From assembly GCF_009914755.1 (NCBI RefSeq), contig NC_060933.1: 64,000 bases of DNA, one strand, 5' to 3'. A program made the translations under genes and the position numbers. Shown one piece after another: positions 59,446 through 64,000 of this stretch. The notes beneath the pieces were generated by a model. That model was not told the DNA's origin. It did no database searches and was given only the letters and a program-made list of their open reading frames with translations. Position 1 is the first letter of the stretch. Each line of letters starts with the position of its first letter. This stretch comes from the human T2T-CHM13v2.0 reference genome, Homo sapiens.

Positions 59446-59589
59446 TAGGAGAGACAGCGTTTCACTATGCTGGCCAGGCTAGTCTCGAACTCTCACCTCA
59501 AGTGATCCACCCACCTTGGCCTCCCAAAGTGCAGGGATTACAGGCGTGAATCAGCGTACCCTGCCACATTAAACCTTTTTTTTTTTTAG

Positions 59590-59691
<102 letters not shown>

Positions 59692-60888
59692 TAAGCAGCT
59701 GGGACTACAGGCGTGCGCCACCACACCTGGCTAATTTTTGTATTTTTAGTAGAGACAGGGTTTCACCATGTTGGCCAGGATGGTCTCGATCTCTTGATCT
59801 CATGATCCACCCACCTCGGCCTCCCAAAGTGCTGGGATTACAGGTGTGAGCCACCGCACCCAGCCACATTAAACTTTCTTGACCCATTTGCAGACAAGGG
59901 GAATCCGAGTCCTGGAGAGGCCAAGTAACCTGCCCACGATGGCCCATCAGCTAAGGAGCAGGAAGGAGAGAAGCTCTGAGCCCCTGCCTGGTTACCACCA
60001 GGCTCTACTGCTTCCTAGCTGAGCACCATACTGAGCCTCACTTCTTCCTTCTCTAAAATGGACATGATAATAGACCTTCCTCCTAGGATTACTGAGATAG
60101 TCCAGGTAGGAAATCATACCTGGTGTTACATGTAAGCTATCACTGCTATTGGTATTGCTGTTGTTATTTCAACAACTGAGACTCAACCAGGCCAGGCTAA
60201 TCCCAGAGGCAAAGCTTTTATGCAGAGGACAAGCTTTTAACCAGTCCCACCAGCTAAAAGGGGTAGAAAGTGAGTAAACCAACCACATTTACTCTGAGAC
60301 AGTCAACAAATACACAGCAGCCGCTTAGGACACACAAGGAAGTTAACTCATCCCCCTCATGACCTTGGGTCGCCAGGGTTAGATGTGCTTCTGCCAACAT
60401 AGCCCGAGGAGGAGGGAGTGTTTTGTGGGAGCCGCTTAACACCCTGTCCTCCGCACCCGGTGAGGTCAGCACCCACTTTCCCACAACTATTGGGTAAACA
60501 TACACCCAGCAAACCCTGCCTGAGGCCCAGGGCCAGGGACTCACGTGTGAAGGTCTGCAGCCTTCCACTGACTATTAGTGCAATGGGGTAGAGACTGGTA
60601 GAGAAAGCATTGTCTCAGGCTGGGTGCAGTGGCTCATGCCTGTAATCTCAGCACTTTGGGAGATCGAGGCAGGAGGATCACTTGAGCCTTAGGAGTCTGA
60701 GACCAGCCTGGGCAATACAGGGAGATCTTGTCTCTACAAAAAGTTAAAAAAAAAAAAAATAGCCAGGCATGGTGGTGTATGTCTGTGGTCCTAGCTACTT
60801 AGGAGGCTGAGGAGGGAGGATCACTTGAGGCTGGGAGGTCGAGGCTGCAGTGAGCCATGATCATGCCACTGCACTCCAACCTAGGTGC

Positions 60889-61068
60889 AAGAAAGAAAGA
60901 AAAGAAAGAGAGAAAGAGAGACAGAGAGAAAGAAAGAAAGGAAGAAAAAAGAAAGAAAGAAAGAAACAAAGAAACAAACAAACAAAGAAGGAAGGAAAGA
61001 AACAAAGAAAGAAAGAAACCAACAAAGAAAGAAAGAAAGAAGGAAGGAAGGAAAGAAAGAAAGAAACA

Positions 61069-61127
<59 letters not shown>

Positions 61128-61203
61128 GAAGGAAGGGGAGAGAGAAGGAAGGGAGGGAGGGAGGGAGGGAGGGAGGGAGGAAGGAAGAAAGGGAGGGAAG
61201 GAT
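60889..61203. repeat. Long (GAAA)/(GGAA)/(GGGA) purine microsatellite
   Basis: About 315-bp purine-dominated tract after an Alu; source of the K/E/R and F/L/S low-complexity ORFs. Confidence 0.97.
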
Positions 61204-62438
61204 GGGTTTGTCTCTCAACGTAAGAACCAAAATGAAGACATGTGTGTCTACCAGGTGAGGAGAGAAGTACGGAGAAGAAAGGGGAGGGTTGGTGGGTCCC
61301 CCAGGAGCCTGGTTGGCTGGTTGGAAACCAGAGGGTGTACTGGACAAGGCCCAGAATGCGGACCTGCCTGGGCCCCAATAAGGGGTCCCTCCCCATCCAC
61401 AGGTAGACGCATCGCCCCGAGGTAGACACATGTCCCCTAGGGAAGAAGCCTTCGGCTACTCCTCACGTGCAAGTCACATGCTCCTCTCCCTGCTGGCACC
61501 ACCATGGCCACAGCTGATGGGCAGGGGTGAGCACCTGGCTGCAAGCAGCCAATGGCGAGGCCAGCCAGCAGCCAATGAAATCAACAGCCCGATGTGGGCC
61601 TGGGCTGAGACCCACCCCCCAGAGGAGGCTGGGCTCGTGGCCAAGGACTCGGCTGCCAGCAGCAGGAGCGGCCACAAGAATGTGTACCCCTGGGGATGAC
61701 AAGAAGCCCCTACAGTGAAATCCACTTCGGCTCTTCACGGGCCCTGGGGTCTTCGCCTGGGTCCTGTGCCCACGAGGTCTTGGGCCCCAGCATCCTCACA
61801 GTAAACCCCTTTATCCCGGGGTCCTCAGTGCACGTCTGGCCCAGCAACGGCAATGAAACCAACAAACTGCCACACACTAGAGCTGGGTCCTGCGGCTCTG
61901 CCACCTGCTCTGTCAAACGCTGGGGTCCCCAGAAGCCACGGCCCCTGCCAAAGGTCATTTTGGGTCTCATTTGTCATCTGGGTACTTAGGGTAAAACGAT
62001 ATTTTCTGTGCAAGCCCCTCATTGCTTCCCTGTCTCTCCCATCCCCTAACTCCACCACCATGAAGGCCTCCCTGCTCTCACCCACTCCAAGAGCTGGATT
62101 TTCCCTGGCACAGAGAGCATAGCACCGACCCAGACAAGCCCTTTGCCACATGCGTCCTGCCAGGCATGATTCTGGCCACAAGGACGCATCAACTGCCACT
62201 GGAGCTGTGGGTGTGTTGTCACTGTGAAGCACATTGCAGCAGCAGCTGAGAGGAGAGACCAACCAGCACCCTGGGGAGGGGGCTGCATGCAGAGGTTGGG
62301 AAGTCACACTTTGGCTTCAAGCCAAGCAGAAGATCTGGCCCAAGAAAACAGGCTCATACCTCCTGGACAGGGTGGCCAAGAGACAGAGCTTCAGCTCAGG
62401 CTGGGACGCCAGTTGGGCAATAAAATTAATGACAATAA

Positions 62439-62935
<497 letters not shown>

Positions 62936-62967
62936 TGACTTAACCAATGTCTGTGCTAAACTACAGT

Positions 62968-62968
<1 letters not shown>

Positions 62969-63021
<53 letters not shown>

Positions 63022-63092
63022 CCTATGTCTAACTACCTACCTACCTATTGACCTATCTACCTACCTACCAACCTGCCTATCTCTCTATCTAT
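62969..63092. repeat. (AGAT)13 followed by a degenerate (CCTA/TCTA)n tract
   Basis: Read directly from the sequence. Confidence 0.95.
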
Positions 63093-64000
63093 GTGATATA
63101 TATGAAAAAGACTCTTCAGAGAACTGACTCTGCTGATGCCCAGAATAGGGTGCGGGAGACTCATCAAGCTGATCTCCCATGCTGGGCCCAGCTGGATGTT
63201 CTGACTTTACCCAGAGTATCCAGATTTCAATTAACTATCTCGGAACCACAGTAAAGGAGCGTGTGCGCTATAGTTGATTGCTCAGCCCGAGCACAGGGCT
63301 GGGTAATCTTACTCCCAGAGGGTTCTGAGGTTGGAGCCTGGAATGGACCAGCTCTCTCCCTTGCCATTCAGCCCCACCCCCACCCCTGGAGCCAGGGACT
63401 CAAGCAGCCCAGCTTGACAGTCCTGGGAGGCCTGACCCCCGGCTGGGATCTCGTCATCAGCAATGCACCCAGGCTCTGGGGACAGCATGGTCTAGGGCCT
63501 CTGAATTGGCCATTATCCTAGCGGGAAGAAATGCTTCTCCCTCCAGGCTGAAAGCTGTCTTTGCTCCCAGTGATCACTTGCTCCCCAGCTCTGCACAGAT
63601 TGACCCGCACACCTAGGCAGGCAAACACAGCAGTCCTAAGACCAAGAGCCAGGGTGAGGCCCTGGCAGAACAGCCATTGGAATGGGATGCCGGAGTGTCC
63701 CCAGATGGCGCCCGGGGGTGGGGTGGACCTCTCGCCACAGCAGAGTCTCCAACTGGAGCCTGGGGTTCACCCAAGACAGCCGTGGCCCTCCCTCTCACCA
63801 CTTACCCCGTCCCCAGGCGCCTCTGCCTGAGCTCATCAGGCAATGACCGCAGTGACGTCACCCGGGAGGCCACGGCCAGCTTGAAATCCAGGGAGCTCCA
63901 GGATCCTGCCTGCTCCTCCCTCTCTCTCTAGCATGACTCAGGCAGGGACTGGCCCTGGGCTGCGGAAAGGCTCTCCACTTTTACACAATTGCTTTCCTCA

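Noticed and set aside
60799-61431. About 200-aa K/E/R-rich and F/L/S-rich ORFs (also near 18150-18400 and 45170-45390)
   Set aside because: Translations of GAAA/GGAA microsatellites.

Overview
Human (primate) genomic DNA, recognised as the PRRX2-PTGES locus on 9q34.11 from the spliced protein sequences. The + strand carries coding exons 2-4 and the 3' UTR of PRRX2 (paired-class homeodomain with C-terminal OAR domain); exon 1 lies outside the window. The - strand carries the complete 3-exon PTGES gene (mPGES-1, 152 aa) in convergent, tail-to-tail arrangement, followed by about 24 kb of its upstream region. Most of the rest is interspersed repeat: about 70 Alus, MIR/L2/L1M fragments, MER20/MER33/MER53/Tigger3 DNA transposons, MLT1 LTRs, an ERV1-type solo LTR with a 4-bp TSD, and a decayed ERV-L provirus (pro, RT, RNase H, IN, dUTPase, PPT, MLT2 LTR). 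Nearly all ORFs in the supplied track are Alu, low-complexity or GC-chance ORFs. I found no wholly new gene system. The best leads are: (i) a recursive-splice-type CAG|GTGAGT at the start of PRRX2 exon 2; (ii) a tandem acceptor at PRRX2 exon 4 that would open a long alternative frame, giving an OAR-less, NMD-immune isoform; (iii) a GC-AG intron in PTGES; (iv) perfect NF-kB, C/EBP, MARE, CRE and AP-1 motif clusters around the inflammation-induced PTGES; (v) a candidate antisense promoter in PRRX2 intron 1. Repeat boundaries and subfamily names were judged by eye and are approximate.
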